Source: Lophium mytilinum
Taxonomy: Eukaryota
Direction of reading: 5' to 3'
DNA: 64,000 bases
NCBI GenBank assembly: GCA_010093605.1
Contig: MU004182.1
Coordinates: 1,397,032-1,461,031, forward strand
Both the position numbers and the translations under genes were made by a program. Positions 11,832 through 25,734 of the stretch are shown here, piece by piece. The notes under the pieces were generated by a model. It was not told where the DNA came from. It made no database searches and saw only the letters and a program-made list of their open reading frames with translations. Position 1 is the first letter of the stretch; the number at the start of each line of letters is the position of its first letter.

Positions 11832-14800
11832 CTAATCCTCACACAAATCCGCCAACAACCCCACCCTCACCCCCTCCACATCCGCCTCCCCCATCCCATA
11901 CGTCGCCTCAAACGCCACCAAGCCCAACTGCCCCAAAAACGGCCTAAGCACGCGACTCACCAGCTCCGATCTTGCCATCGCCCTGACATCCGCCCCCTCC
12001 TCACTCCCCTGCACGGCCGCAATCAGCGGATCCAGCCACGGCGTGCGCTTCGCAGTGCCCCTATTCACGGCAGGGAAAGCAGGCGGGTGGTGCGCCGCGC
12101 GGCTCGTCGGCATCTCAGCCGCCGCCAGCACCTCTGCGACCTCGTCGGCGAGCGCCGAGGCATGCCAGTCCGCGGGGCGGTAGACGGCGTCGATGGTGTC
12201 GGCGACAAAGACCCACTCGTTGCACTGGAAGTCGTCTGGGAGCAGGACGACGAGGGCGTCGAGGAGCTTGCAGGCTTGGAGCAGGGCGGCGTTGTTGTAG
12301 GTGTCCTTGTTGGGGGCGTCGGGGAGGAGGGAGGAGAGGGCGGCGGCGAGCTCGGTATTGAGGAGGGGCCAGAGGGGTGCGAGGTGGACGGGGTCGGTTT
12401 GTAGCACTAGGGCGCGCAGGAGCATGAAGAGTTCGGTGCGGGTGGTGGAGGATGGGGAAGAGGCGGGCGTGGCGGTGAGGAGTTCGACGATCTTCTCGGA
12501 GACGGCGGAGAGGGAGGGGGTAAAGGTATCTAGGGGCCCGGCGAGGAGGAGGAGAGAGATGCGCCGGAGGGTGAGCTGGGTTTTGCGGTCGGCTTCTTGG
12601 CGGGCGGAGGCGGCGCCTACGCCGAACATGATGCCGGCGGTTGTCGGCGCAGAAAGGCGGGAGAGAAGTTCGAGGAGGCGGTCTTTATCTGTGAGAGTCC
12701 ATTGAGCGAGGATGGGGAGCCAGGAAGAGGTGATGAGGTGAAGAGGTGTAGCAAAGAAGCGTGCATCGTTGAAAGCGTCCGCAATGTCCTTTTTCCACGC
12801 CTTGCTGCTCTGGGCCACCCGAGTGAGCTGATAGAGCAGGTCAAGTATCGGTTTTGATACGTTTTCCGGAAATGCTTTGGCACGGAAGGTCGGCCCTATA
12901 ATATTGGTAGAAATGCTGGTCGCAGCATTGGCCACGCGATCGCTTTCGACGAGAATCAGCGGCAGATCGGGTATGACTGATGTGAGAATTGTCACGACGT
13001 CGACAGATCTCCTCAGGCTACTGCCACCATTCGTTGCGCTGGATGCCTTCTCTACGGCAGTAACTTGTGAGGGTTCTTGTAAAAATCCCATAGATCGAGT
13101 GGTGAACACTGCGGTGAGAAGCCTCGTGAACAGGTCCTAGAAAGGGCTTAGCATTGCATCAGACGTGAGTTAAGGAAAAACATACCCCTAGTTCTCTCCT
13201 CATCTTACGCTGCTCCCCAAAGTTCGTATTATCTACTTTTTGTCCGAGAACAGCGGCGAACTCAACGAGTGTGGGGAGAATTTGTCGATGAGGAAGAGGA
13301 TTAGCAAGAACATCTCGTAGAAAGATTGTACAATCCGGCCATATCTCATCCATGGCATCATCTTCTAATGACTTCGTGTAGTCAACTAAGAAGGTGACGA
13401 GATCTGTATCAGTGAGATCTGACGTTAAAGTCGACATCCTTAACGGATCGAGAGCATTGGGATTCGTTCGACTGTAAACGGCATTGAATATCGCAGGGAT
13501 AGTATGCTTCGGTTTCGACCCGTTGAGGACGTTGAGCAGGCTCATGACTGATGTTGCCTGGAAGTCTCCGCGGGCGGATTTGCACCACAGGACAGCTAAT
13601 GTCTCAAGGCACTCCAAGGCTTCGGCAGCGAAAAGGTGCTCTAAGATCCTTCGTGACCGATTCCGCATCCGTAGAGACGTATAACCGAATGATGCCAGGG
13701 ACGTGGGATCCTGTCTCCCGTCGTTCGATCCATAGCCACCCCAGGACCATATCGAGAAGCACATGCGGACAGTATCTTGGAAGCATAAGAGGACAGTCAG
13801 TCTGCTGTTTGCTGTGGGATTTCGTGTCTGGTTAGACTCGGTCGAGATTAATCCAGAAACCATATTCCCAAAGAACCCTTGTGGTTGCTCTGGAGACTTC
13901 GCTGTTGCAGTCCTACTTTCCTGCATGACAAGGCGATCATGGGCCTTGGCTAGAATCTGCTCCAGCCCATTCATTAGTGAAACTAGGGTTGATTCGGGTG
14001 GTATTTGAGTATTTCCAAGGGGCTCGTTGAACGTGGAACGAAGCTGACCAAAAACTTGGGTGATCTGGGTGCAGAAGCATTCCACGAGTGGTAACAGATT
14101 TTGGAAGATAGTATCCGCAAATAGCGGCAACACTTCTGCAAGGAAGGTGACCCAATCATCAAGAACTAGACGACTGGAAGGTGAGGAGAAGCCATAGCGT
14201 AAACAGTCCACTAGCTCGGGTGGTGGAGTTACAGGTGGGGGTTCAGGTTCCTCGGCTTTAGGTCTCTCCAAGACCATGGATAATCGCGACGCGGTTCCTG
14301 TCACGTCTCTAGATTGTTTCCTCTGATGGCTCTGCGGCCTATCAGGTTGTGGTTGAGCCGTGAGTCTAAGCTTCAGTGCTGCGAGTATTGCCTCAAGAAG
14401 CAGACTCTGTAAAGACGGGATTGAAACGCGCAGTCGAGCCATCAGGGAAGTCTCCAACTCCAAGTCCTTCAGTGAAGCCGGATACGGGCTGTGATATATC
14501 TGAATGATAATAGACACAGCAGTGCGATAGAGCTCATCATAATGGGGCTTCTCTTCGGTGCTCACCCCCTGTTTCTTCATGGAAAGAGCCTTCATACACG
14601 TACGGACAATCCACACCTGCATGGACTCTCTTTCGGCACCGGGGGGATCGTCTGGCGATTGCGGAGCAGGTTCTTCAGCCAAAGTAAGCCAGGTGTAATT
14701 TGTCGGCCACCTTAATATGTTTAGCACATGCCGCAAGTAATACAAGCATTCTTTGGAGTCGTCCACCGGAGCCGCAAGGGACTTTGAACTGCTGGCTTGA

Positions 14801-17696
14801 CCTGGTACCAAAGCCTTGATGTCCTTAAGGCACTGCAAAGATTGTAGATGAGTGGCAAGCAACCAATACACCTTATTCAGAGTGGGAAGGTCTTGGAGCC
14901 AGCTCTTCACAAAGGCGAACAGCTCGGTTCCCTCGTCAGATAGTGCATCTAGGATCAGGAAGAGTGGCCTCGTCAAGACCACTTGAAATCCAGCAATAGG
15001 AGATGTAGTCTGTCCGGTCGTCGGCAGGCTACCAAAACGCTCGGGGTTGGAAAAGGTCCGTTTCCCCGTGTGTGATATCTGATCATTCATCGTGTGCGTC
15101 CATAACACGGCGAACCTCCGGCCCACATCCGACATAGCAGCAGACTCTGTAGAAGGGGCTCGAGACATGATCGTTGTGATAGCCGCTTCAACAAATCGAT
15201 TCGAAGGCGATGTTGAGTGTAATTGCCACAGACAACGAACAGCCTCGACGTGATATTTGGGCATATATGGCGACAGATACTCCCAAGCAACTGCAACTAG
15301 AGGATGCATGAGGTCTGGAAGTTGAGAAGCGGCGATATAAAGCTCAGGCGTACGACTTGATTGGAGTGCTGAAAGAACCGCTGTTGTGGAAGTAATGTGG
15401 TGAAAGGGCATTATGGGTGCTTGTTTGGCCGGAGAAGTAGGAACAAGCACATGCTGAAGAACCGATAAGAGTTCGACCTGGTGCAATGCCTCTAGCTCCT
15501 GTACTTTGTAAATAAGGGTGGACAGGATCCTTGAGGATACTTCCGCCATGTTACGAGGAGATTTGTGACTAAGGGACGAGGCAAACAGTGATCCCGCCTC
15601 ACGTAAACACAATTGTCCCAAGATCGGCACTTCGAAGGGGGGTTCGAGATATTCCAAGCTCTTATGGGACTCTGCGTAAAACTCGGTGATCTTGGCAACG
15701 ATTTCACTGGACTTCACTTCAGAAGCTGTTCCAGTTTTGGGAGTAGTTAGGCTAGAATCCGATGTCCGTAATGCTCGTTCTGGGAGGAATTGGACAAGGG
15801 TGTCCACTATCTCAAGGGCCAGTGTTGCAGAAGCGGCTGCTGCAGCACTCTGAGCCACCTGCTTGGCGTGTGTGTTCAAATTTACAACGATTGACAATAC
15901 CATTAGTGGCATATGATGGAGTAACATCTCCTCATCTCGGACGTTGAACCTAGTCGTGACGAATTTTGCCAGCTTCAGCTGATCATCAGCTTTATCGCGA
16001 GTGGATGTATCACCGTCCAGTGCCGATACGACTAGCTCGACGAGCTTGCCCCATATAAGGCTACTTTCGACGCCATCAAAGAAGACGCTGGCACTTTTCA
16101 TGACTTCGTCAAGTTCTTCCCTATCGGCCGTTTCGCTATAGCTCTGGACACTCTGAAGGGCTGGTAAGAAGATTTCGGGGACTACCAAGCCTCCGACCTC
16201 CCAGCGATCCATCAGGGACAGGCATATGCGAAAGGGTCTCGCGCGATCCGCAACGAGCAGACTAGGTCGATTGATCATCTTCATTAGACTACGAGTCAAC
16301 GATTGAAGGCCGTACTGTGAAAAGTAGATAGCGTGATGAGAAGATGAATCAACGCCTGGGTTTTTCATATCCTGAGTAGGCGAGGCAAGAGGTTCGGCTC
16401 CATCTGGCCCAGATGATGGTTCCGGTCCAAGGAACCATGCCCAAAGCCTCCGGTTTAGGCTCATGTCTCTTCGGGCCACTACGCCGGCAGCTGCAGTAAC
16501 AAGCCGGTCCAAGTCATCTTGATTGATTCTTTGTTGAAGCACGGGTGAGTCAAGTGGTAAGTGACTAACCAAGAGATCTAGAAAGCCTCTCTGTATTAGT
16601 ATCTGGGGATCTGATAAACCGGCAGCAAAGCAGCGAACAAGAAGGCCTGGTTCCGGAGAAATGGCAGCCTCTGCCTCCTTTGGCAATCCTTCTAGAGCAG
16701 TAGAAATGTCTGCAGGAACCGAGCCATGTCGAATACGAGTCCCAAATTTTGGTAGTCGGCGGACAAGAAACGCAAGAGCTCCTTGTCTCCTAGAAGGATT
16801 GGTGATAGCGGCGAGGAAGAAGCATTGCCAATAGTGTGAGGATCCAGCTTCACTCTTGGTTTCTTCATCATTATCGGCGGACACGGTTACAGCCTCTCGA
16901 AGTTTGTCGAGGGCCTGGACCATACGTTCGAAGTCTTCGCTTGTTTCTTCCTCCAAGCCAGGTAGTAAACCTAGTATAATAGCTTTCAGCGCAGGCCTCA
17001 ATGCCCAACTATCCAATCTCAGGATGTAGGTTTCAATCAACGAGAGGAAGAACGGTCGCACAGATAGCGACGCGAACGAAAGGACGGAGACGAGCCCGGG
17101 AAGGTAGAGGTAAAGGTCCCTATTGAGAGCATCTTTCTATATATCTTCTATCAGCTCTTGTACATGCGGATTCGTTCGCCTAAAGGAGTGTCATACCCCA
17201 ATTATCTTAAAGATATAGGAATAGACCTCAAGGGCCTTCTGGTGTACGCCTGATGGCAATGTAGGGTTTAAGCATTGCGCCAATCGAGTCGCAACGGTAC
17301 TACTGTGGGCGATGATGGGAACGTCTACGGGATGAGCTTGGATAGCCTGATGTTTTGAAGCGCCTGTCAGCTCTCTGAACCTAGTTTGCGGTATCATGAG
17401 GGGTACGGACCTTCAGTAGGCGGCCAAGGAAGGAGATATAATCTGCCCATTCTTGCTGAGCTGTGTCGAACAGCGACAAAGCACGTTCTACTCCGGAGGC
17501 ATAACGTCGGAAGCTTCTATCCTTCTTGTAGTGGGCTGGGAAAGGCACGTCATTAGCAAGGTCCATGTCTGCTAAGGCTCTCTGCAACATACATACCGTC
17601 CTCGACCGTTCTTCGAGGTGTCCTTAGGGCTGGGGAAGAACGCCCTGAGCTTGTGGGTGAATGCGTCTGTAAGTTAGTGGTAGGATCAAGAGACAT
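11832..17696 (-). CDS. DOP1: Dopey family protein (Dop1/DopA), multi-exon
   Basis: N-terminal Dopey domain (ERALSLFD...[36 protein letters not shown]), a 1300-aa exon and a 425-aa terminal exon. Start MSLDPTTN at 17696. Confidence 0.92.
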
Positions 17697-17884
17697 CCTG
17701 GCCTTCGCAGTAAGTTGGAAATATGCAGAGCAAGCTGTTGTAGTGGCGCATGCTGTCTTTCATGAAAGGTGTTCCTTCACAAGACGTGCCTAGTATCCGC
17801 GTACACAGGTCCCCACGTCTATTGCGCCCGCGTATTTTTAGGTCCGCTACAGTAAGTTTGAGACTGTCACTAGTCACGTGGGCC

Positions 17885-18150
17885 AAGCATGGAAGCCCTC
17901 GATGTACTAATATGACCATGCAAGAACCTAGCAAAAAGCGATCTGATATATGGCGTTCAAAGCTTTACATGCTGTATTTAAAATCTTGTATGGGCGTGTA
18001 AGTTCCCAGTATCTTGCCATGACCATGCAACAGCCTAATAAGAATCGACCTGATCTATAGCGTCTGAAGCTTTACATCCTGTGTTCGATTTCTCGGATAG
18101 GCATGAAGGCTTCCAGCATACCCAAGCAACTGTCAGACGGTTAATAGCAC
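17885..18150. repeat. Degenerate ~107-bp tandem repeat (2+ copies), inverted homolog of 23100-23330
   Basis: TGACCATGCAA at ~17913 and ~18020, AAGCTTTACAT at ~17960 and ~18067. The reverse complement matches 23101-23200. Confidence 0.8.
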
Positions 18151-18265
18151 TCGACTGATATGTGGGGTTCACCAAAGGGTTCCAATGTTTTCACTAGAGT
18201 AACTACCACTTCGCTATGCAACTATTATACAAAAGGGGGTATCTTGGGCACGCCTTGGCCAGTTA

Positions 18266-20461
18266 CTAGTAATCCTCCTCGCCCTCATCGTAGCCGTACT
18301 CATCCTCCTCGAAATGGCTAAATGTGTCCCTTTCGGCTAATTCTTCTTCATCTTCCATCTCCTCGTCCTCATCCTCTTCTTCCTCCTCCTCCACATCTTC
18401 CACCACCTCCACCACTTCTACCGGACTTCCCTTGGAGACAGAGGGCGCTTTGGTGGGTTTTGACACCCATTGCGACGGCGGACTGGGCGCCGCGGCCGCC
18501 TTTGGTGAGCTCGCGTTAGAAGTATCGCCCGATGGGACTCCATCTTTGTCGTAGAGTCGTTTCAAGTTCTCGTAGTTGACGTACTTGCTGAATCCTTTGG
18601 TCCTCGCGTTAAGCATCTTGCCCACCGCGTCCGCAGGACTACTCGCAGGGGTACCGCCCAGCACGCTTCCGTCTCCCATCTGTGCATGCTTCCGCCTCTG
18701 TTGCTTCTTCTTAGGCCCTCCACTTGCCTGCTCCAGGCTCTTCTTTAGCATCTTGGCCTGACGGTCTCTCAACCAGTCCTCGTTCATCGTGACCCATATC
18801 TTCTCTTTGACTGCAACTTCTTCAGCCGAGAGAACACAGTTGGCAACCTCAGGGTCATCTCCAAACTCGGCATCGTCCAGATCTTCCTCAATACTGACGA
18901 TAGAGGGACCACGAAGTTGACTGGCCAAGGCCTCTGCGCGTACGAGAACGGCAGCTAGGTCGATCTCTCCTTCGCCCAGGATGTGCTCGATTTCTTCCTC
19001 AAGCTCGTTCTCGATTTCAAGATCTTCCTCCGGGATGACAATCGGAGCTCTCTTTTCCTTCTTGCGCCGCTTCTTGGCAGGCTTTCCTGTGGTCGATTCG
19101 GCAGTTTCAGACGCGATCAACTCGGAATGGGCGATGTTGGACGCTTCGAGTAGGGCGCGGTCGATGGGAACGTCGGGGATCAAGAAGCCTTCTGAGTCGC
19201 GGCGTAGAGACTCGGACGTTGCTTGGACTGCTGGGGATGAAGATGTTCCAATAGACGCGTTTCCGTTCGAAACTTCACTCAACTCGGAGGACTTGCGCTT
19301 CTTGCTGATCCGTTCTTCTTTCTCTCTGCGCCTGTAGATGGAAGGTGGTTCGCCTTTGACCTTCAGCCTGTGACCATACTCGCGGAACTGCTCGATGCTA
19401 AGGCTCGCGGCTTGTGTGCGCTTGAATTCGAGGAGGCGTTGGAAAATGGTGTTGTCGCAGACTTTGACCACGTAGACAACCTCCCGGACGGTGCGTCGAA
19501 AGTTGTTCTGCCGGGCAGCGATGATGATGCATGCGCCGCAGAGACCTGCTGGCTGTCGACCCTCTACCATCCAGTCTCGCTTCATGCGTCGCAAGATATT
19601 CACGGCATCAGTGGCTACTTTTCGAGTGTCGTCACCGAACTCAAGCCTGTCTGCGAACTTGTCGATGAGGGGTTCGACCTCCAGGACAGCTGGAACACCA
19701 GACGCCGTAGCAGGTTCACCGAACCAAAGGTCGGTCCGCAGAGCCTTGTAGACATCACCGAGGGCCCATACATTCATCTAGATGCAAGTCAGGTCTGCTC
19801 TGTATGGAAGGGTGGCTGGAGTGACTTACTTGAAGCTCGGCTGCAAAGTCCATCAAGAGAATAGTGTTGCCCACTTTCCTCCGGCATGCGATATATAGAC
19901 AGACAGCAGCGACGGTGCGCACACGACGACCTTGAATGAAATTGATGCCGATTGCAAGCTTGTAAATCCCAAAGGCTTGGTCTTCAGTGCTTGAGTTGTT
20001 GAGTCGAACCGCAGCAGCAATCTTTTGGATCTCGGCTTTGCCTATCGCAAATGTTAGAACCCATGAAAGGCAATTGATTCAAGAGACTGGCACTTACCCT
20101 TCTGTTCGGTCTGCTCCCTGCTCTCCGTAGTTCCGCCATTCCTCCGAAATGCTGGTCCCATGGTCTTGGCATGTCGCTGGTTCTCTCCGACGAAGGCACC
20201 CTGGACGACGGCGGCACCATTGGAGTTCTCCCCAAAGGTGACTTCGGACACGATCTCGGACTCGGTAAGAACAGTACCGCAATTCATGCAGGCACGTGTG
20301 CCGTTGGTGTCTGAGAATTCGGGATTTTCGCAACATTTTGGCGGGGCAGTGGTTTTGGGTCGAGCGATTTGGCCGCCGGCTTTGGAGATGAGGGATTTCG
20401 CGTCTTTTGCAGAACCCAGACGGACGCGCGGAGGTCGAGTAGGTGGTCGGACAGTGGACAT
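18266..20461 (-). CDS. BRF1: TFIIIB subunit Brf1 (TFIIB-related factor), 3 exons
   Basis: Zn ribbon (CC...RACMNCG), SEIVSEVTFGENSNGAAVVQG, cyclin folds (RMKRDWMVEGRQPAGLCGACIIIAAR), Brf1 homology block (DDPEVANCVLSAEEVAVKEKIWVTMNEDWL), acidic tail. Confidence 0.92.
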
Positions 20462-21417
20462 GATGATGGAAGTGGATGGTGGAGAATGTGTAGACTTTTG
20501 ATAGAAGGCCAATGGTAGTGGCGGGGGAGTGACCTGGATCAAAGGAAATGTGTGCAGCGTCCTCCAGTCGACACAGCAAACCTCATAACACGACTTGAAA
20601 TGCACTTCCGGATTTGTGCGGGTATGAGGTTGGTTGATGGATGGTGAGGGTGGTGAGGATGCGCGAGGTCGGTGTTAGAAAATCGGAGTCAGAAGTTTGG
20701 TGAGTGCGGCCTATAGGCGGGGGCTGGGTCGCAGCTTTTGGCGACGATGGTGGGGCAGAGCGCAAACTCAAGCCCGGCGCTACTTTCTCCGATCTCCGAG
20801 CGGGCGTTCGAGCCGCCACCTTATTCTGACTTATTGTCTCGAGAACAATAGCCTTCTCTAAAAACTTCACCAGCGCGATATAGTGAAGATACATAACGAA
20901 AAAATAACACATTATGATGATAGCGAAACGCGTCGTCCGATAGAATACTACCTCCCCATCTCGCTAGCGGGTGTGTGAGGCTGCGGTGCTGACTTACACA
21001 CACTGTGCCATCATTTTCCCATCGTTCACACAAGTTCTCCTCGCCAGATCATGAGCAATCTTGAAAGGACCTCTTCCTATCAATCATCGTAGCTTGTTCT
21101 TCTACCAGTAGAAACTACCAAGGGGGTCGAAATTCTAAGAGGTTTCGAGTTCGCCTTCCACGACATCAGGCTGCACGTGCTGGGTCTAACAACAGGTCGC
21201 TAAAGAACGCCCCTGACGTTACCCGGGGCTCCGTCGCCCATTTTTAGCCCACGGAGCGGAAGCACAGGTCTCCTCCTTGCCTGGGCCCAATTGCGTGAGC
21301 CCCTCGCCCAGCTGCCCGCACGTCTCTGAAGCTGAGCTCCCCTCTCGTCCCCAGCTTCTCCAACCTTCTCCAACCCCACCACAATCAGCACACCCCCCAT
21401 TCTCCCCACACTACACA

Positions 21418-22213
21418 ATGTCTACACGGAAGAGGAAGCAAGATGCTGAGGAGGAAGAAGAGCTCCAGGCTCTTCCGTCCGATGAGAGCGACGAGGAAGA
21501 AGAGTGAGTGCCTTTCAGCTCCTGACGTCATCCCATGATGCGCCAACACGGCGCCGCGATGCGCGACCGCCTCAATTGCAGTCGCATTACCCCGGAAATA
21601 TGACCGAGTGCTATTGGACACTGTTCGAGGCGAAATACTGTGATTCTGGGGCTGCATAGGGGGTTATTTCTACCTTCATTGCTCTATGGCAGCCCTCCCA
21701 ACACCATCTTAAAGATCCAAGTCTCTGGACTTCAATAAAATGTGCTGCGCCTTTGTGTTCGAATTGACCGTCCATTTGCCCTTTCTCTCTTTACTGCGTG
21801 TGACTTCTCTGGCTTGCGCGTCCTGCTGCGGCAAGGCTGACCCGTTGCGCTGCGACAGATACGAGACCGAGGGCTCCGAAGCTTCTTTCGACGATGAGGA
21901 TGACTCTGATGTAGAAGAGGCTCCAGGTATTGCGACGCACACTGTCTCGTGCCTGCCATCTTACTCACCTTAATGTTCAGCTCCGAAAGCCAAAAAGAGG
22001 AAGGTCACGAAAGATGACGAAGAATCCGAGGAGGAGCCTGAGGCCGTTTCTTCCGAGGGATCCGATGAAGAAGACGAAGAAGATGCGAAGAAGAGCGCGA
22101 AGAAGAAGGCTCCAGCACCCAAGGGTAAACCAGCGAAGGCTGCCGCCGCCGCCACTGCTCCAGCAGAGCCTGTGCCCGTGGTTGAGGATGATGACGATGA
22201 TGACGAGGATTAG
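21418..22213 (+). CDS. Small acidic/Lys-rich, probably nuclear, hypothetical protein, 3 exons
   Basis: Exons 21418-21503, 21859-21926 and 21981-22213 join in frame: MSTRKRKQDAEEEEELQALPSDESDEEEE-YETEGSEASFDDEDD...-APKAKKRKVTK...DDDDDDED. Confidence 0.8.
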
Positions 22214-23099
22214 AGCAAGTCGCTTGTTCGATTCTGTCTCTAGACAACAAAAGCCTATTGTGAGGCCAAGCGACTGAAGCTTGGACGTTTAGCAGATGCT
22301 TGGATATCTGTAGTACACTAGTCATATATCCAATTCCGAATGTGGCACGCGCAGCAAGCACAAATCACTGGGGGCTCTCTTACTCAGGCTAGTCACGATG
22401 AATGTGACAGAACATCCATCGGCTACACCCATGCATGTTCAGTCTACTGATGCCTTGTTCTCGGAGTTCAGGTCAGCACATCACTTTCGCTTGGTTCTGA
22501 CTGAATGAGACCTTGCCGCCTGTGAGAATACTAGTCTCTCTCTCGAATCAACACCTACCAGTTTCCGAGTGCACACGTAATCATCTAGTCCTTTGCATAA
22601 CAGCTTTATATATCCGAACAGTGAAGCCCGATCATACTGAATGTGGACTTACGATCTAAGAGCTCGAAAATCTTTTTTCTCGGTTTCAAAAACTTGAATC
22701 AACCAGCATAATCTGAATTGACGCAAAATGTCTTTCGAGTATCATTGACGGGTTGTGCTCGCAGAGCAGGCCACTTGTTAATTTGCATAGATGAAAGTAC
22801 CAAAGCGGCCAAATACCAGCCCTTCCTGCCTATCTGGATATCTAGAAGTGAGATGTAAAGGTCTATAGACCGTAAATTATACTGTTTTACGACTTGCTCT
22901 TTCAAGGTTCTGACAACGTCTTCATGCTATCGTAGGGTTCTCCGCCTATTCATGAGCGTGAGATGTGAGGGTTCGAAGACTGTGTTCTAGATCACACTGT
23001 CTCTAAAGGCTCCTTCACGCTGCAAAAATCAATGACCTTCACTAAGACTCTGACGACATCTTGGTGCAACTGGAGGATTTTTGCCTTTCTATTGAGCTG

Positions 23100-23775
23100 A
23101 GAGTGATACAAAATGTCAAGCTTTAAACGGTTTAAATCAGATCGCTTCTTACTAGGTTCTGGCATGGTCACCAGGGTACACCGGGGGCTTCCATACTTAT
23201 CGAAGAATGTGATCCCAGGATGTAACGCTTCACACGCTATAGATGAGATCACTTCTTATTGGTATCTTGCACGGTCGCAATAGTGTACCGGTGGCTTTCA
23301 TGCCTATCCAAGGATCCGGACATCGGATGTCAAGCTTCAGACTCCGTGAATTGGAGCACCTGTCCTGGTTCACTTGCACTCTATATCAACCAATGTCTGG
23401 TGGTCTTTTGACATCTGTCTGAGGTTACTGAGACCTGTCATGCATATCTAAGAATTTGAACATATGATGTAAAGTTCCAGACGCTGCGAATTAGAGCACC
23501 TGCATGGTTTACTTGCGCTCTATATCAATCAATGTCTAGTAGTCTTTTGACGACTGTCCGAGGCTACTGAGACCTGTCACGCCTATCCAAGAATTTGAAC
23601 ATAGGATGTAAAGTTCCAGACGCTGTGAATTAGACCACCTACACGGTTTGCTTTCGCTCTATATCAATCAACATCTAGTAGTCTTTTGACATCTGTTTAA
23701 GGTCACTGAGACCCGTCATGCCTATCCAAGAATCTGAACATCGGATGTAAAGATTTGAACACCGTGATTTAGACC
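23100..23775. repeat. Compound minisatellite: ~105-107 bp units followed by ~139-140 bp units
   Basis: Core (G)GATGT(A/C)AAG at ~23113, 23218, 23325, 23466, 23605 and 23744. TGCCTATCCAAG-like motif at ~23301, 23441, 23580 and 23719. Confidence 0.92.
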
Positions 23776-23780
23776 CGATC

Positions 23781-25734
23781 TCACGTGAAGAACCGCGTCG
23801 AGGTTAAACGGCCCACGGCAGCCTCATCTATGCCATCTGGACTGCTCACATGGCTGACCGTATCCGTGTCCAGCTCATCGTCTTCGACAGGCCCCTCGTC
23901 ACCACTCTTCGCAAGCCCAAACTTCACCCACAGCTTCTTCACAGCATTATCCATTAGCGAGCTGTGCCACAGGCATCTCTTCATCCGCGCCAATAGGTCC
24001 TCGCATGAAGTGTTACTATCGACCCCCGCATCTGCGAAGGCGACGGTGGAGTACCGAGTAAAAAAGCCCATATGCTGGGACCCTTGCGCCGCCAGCGTTC
24101 CGAGTGTGAGCACCCAGAGCAGGATATCTGGGGAGTCGGACCAACTGAAAATGCTTGTTTTCTTGAGCGCTTCTCGGAGACGGGGAAGGCTCGCTGCGAC
24201 CATGGTTTTGAAGCTGTAGTCGGCTGGTTGCGTGATCCGGATTACGAAGATAATGAGTGCTAGACAGACGCACTGCTCTAGCGGGGATTTTGGCGCTGTA
24301 GACTCGTCGAGGAAGGCGAGACAGCGCTGGAGAAGGAGGAATCCGTGCTTTTGGAGCTCGATTGGATCGAGAGGGCAGTTGGGGTCATCTAGCCAGGAAG
24401 TCATGTCCGAGGAGAGTAAGGATACATCTGCCGCAATATCTTGCAAGTCGATATCTAGATTTAGATCTCTGAAAAGCCTTAGGACTTGAACTGGAGAAGA
24501 GCGCGGAGGGGATTTGGGAGAAGCAGGAATAGTGTATGTGTAGGCGCGGCCGTTAGTGTCAATAAGAGAGGCATAGGGCTGCTCGAAAGACGCGATAGAG
24601 TGCGCGATGCTATGCCTGTTTATCCAATTAGGTGCCAAGCTCTTCCGATGTGACAAATGCAAAATACGAACCATAGTATAAAAGCCTGCAGGCACCGGCT
24701 AGAACTCAGGCCTGCCAGCCCGCCCCGCTGCTGGAGCATGGCCCTCAATCCGTTCAGGTGCATCAATTTCTGCTGGGGGTCAAAAGCCAGCCCTGGCCAT
24801 CCTCCCCCCGCTGAGACTATGCCGAGCAAGCTCTCCTCGATGTTTAATAGGTTGAATACAGCTGCGATGTTATTATCATGGACGCGGAACCCTGGATCGC
24901 TAAGATTGGCATTTATCTTCGAGACACTCTCCGCTTTATGGTAGAGTACGTCATCAAGAGGCCCTACCCCCATTGCAAACCGATGAAGCGCTGCAGAGCA
25001 CAGGACGGTGTGTGTGAAGGCGCCTCTAGCATCATCCCGTATAGCAGACGCGAGGAACTCGTCCCTCCCTGCTCGAGACCGACGTCGTAAATCAACTGGT
25101 ATCATAAGCGGTACTACGTTTCTAGAGTCTGGTAGTCCAACTGTTAACACGCTTCAGCGCAATTGCTTGGCTCGGGGGGGGCCTTACAGTGATCTATCAA
25201 GGCATACGAACGAGGATCGGCCCGCACTGGAAGCGCATTAAATGGATCAAGCACACCAATTGCGGCGATCTCGAGACGACCGCGGCTTCTTGGCGACAGT
25301 TTAAGCTCATCTGAGCAAGGAGGGGAATGATGAGATTGGCTGCAGAAGTCTCCGTTGCAGAAGGGCAGACGGCACACGGCTGGCTGCTCTAACGGGGAAC
25401 CGCCACCACGGTAGGGGACTATCTTCTCCCCTTTATGTAAACTCTCATCCTTCGGAGCGTAATGTACCCAAGAGAGCGAGCCTTTTTCACTGGGACTATC
25501 GTCTCGAGGCGGTGCTTTACTAGACCGTTTCGCGGCAGAGTTCGCTGGGAACTTCTTGGTCGACCATGTCTTTTGCTTCCGGGCCTGCTGCATCACAAAC
25601 GAGCGAGAGGCTCGGTCAGGTTTTGATGTGCCCTGCTGATCTGAGGAATCAACGAAGAGAAAGTTCTCCTGCTGGCCATCCTGCTCCTCTGACCCCTTCG
25701 CCCTGCGTCGTTTCCGCGGCTGCTGTGTCTCCAT
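23781..25734 (-). CDS. Hypothetical protein resembling fungal transcription-factor-associated domain proteins, with no Zn2Cys6 cluster seen; 3 exons
   Basis: Exons 25734-25188, 25140-24672 and 24615-23781 are in frame. Motifs FLFVD...RSFVM, LDPFNALPV, YHKAESVSKINANL, MHLNGLRAMLQQRGGL, LLWVLTLG. Confidence 0.7.

Noticed and set aside
11693..12705. Plus-strand ORFs antisense to the Dopey 3' exon; similar ones overlap the HAD, MFS, ACS and AT-hook genes
   Set aside because: Stop-poor by-products of extreme C/G skew and high GC at third positions.
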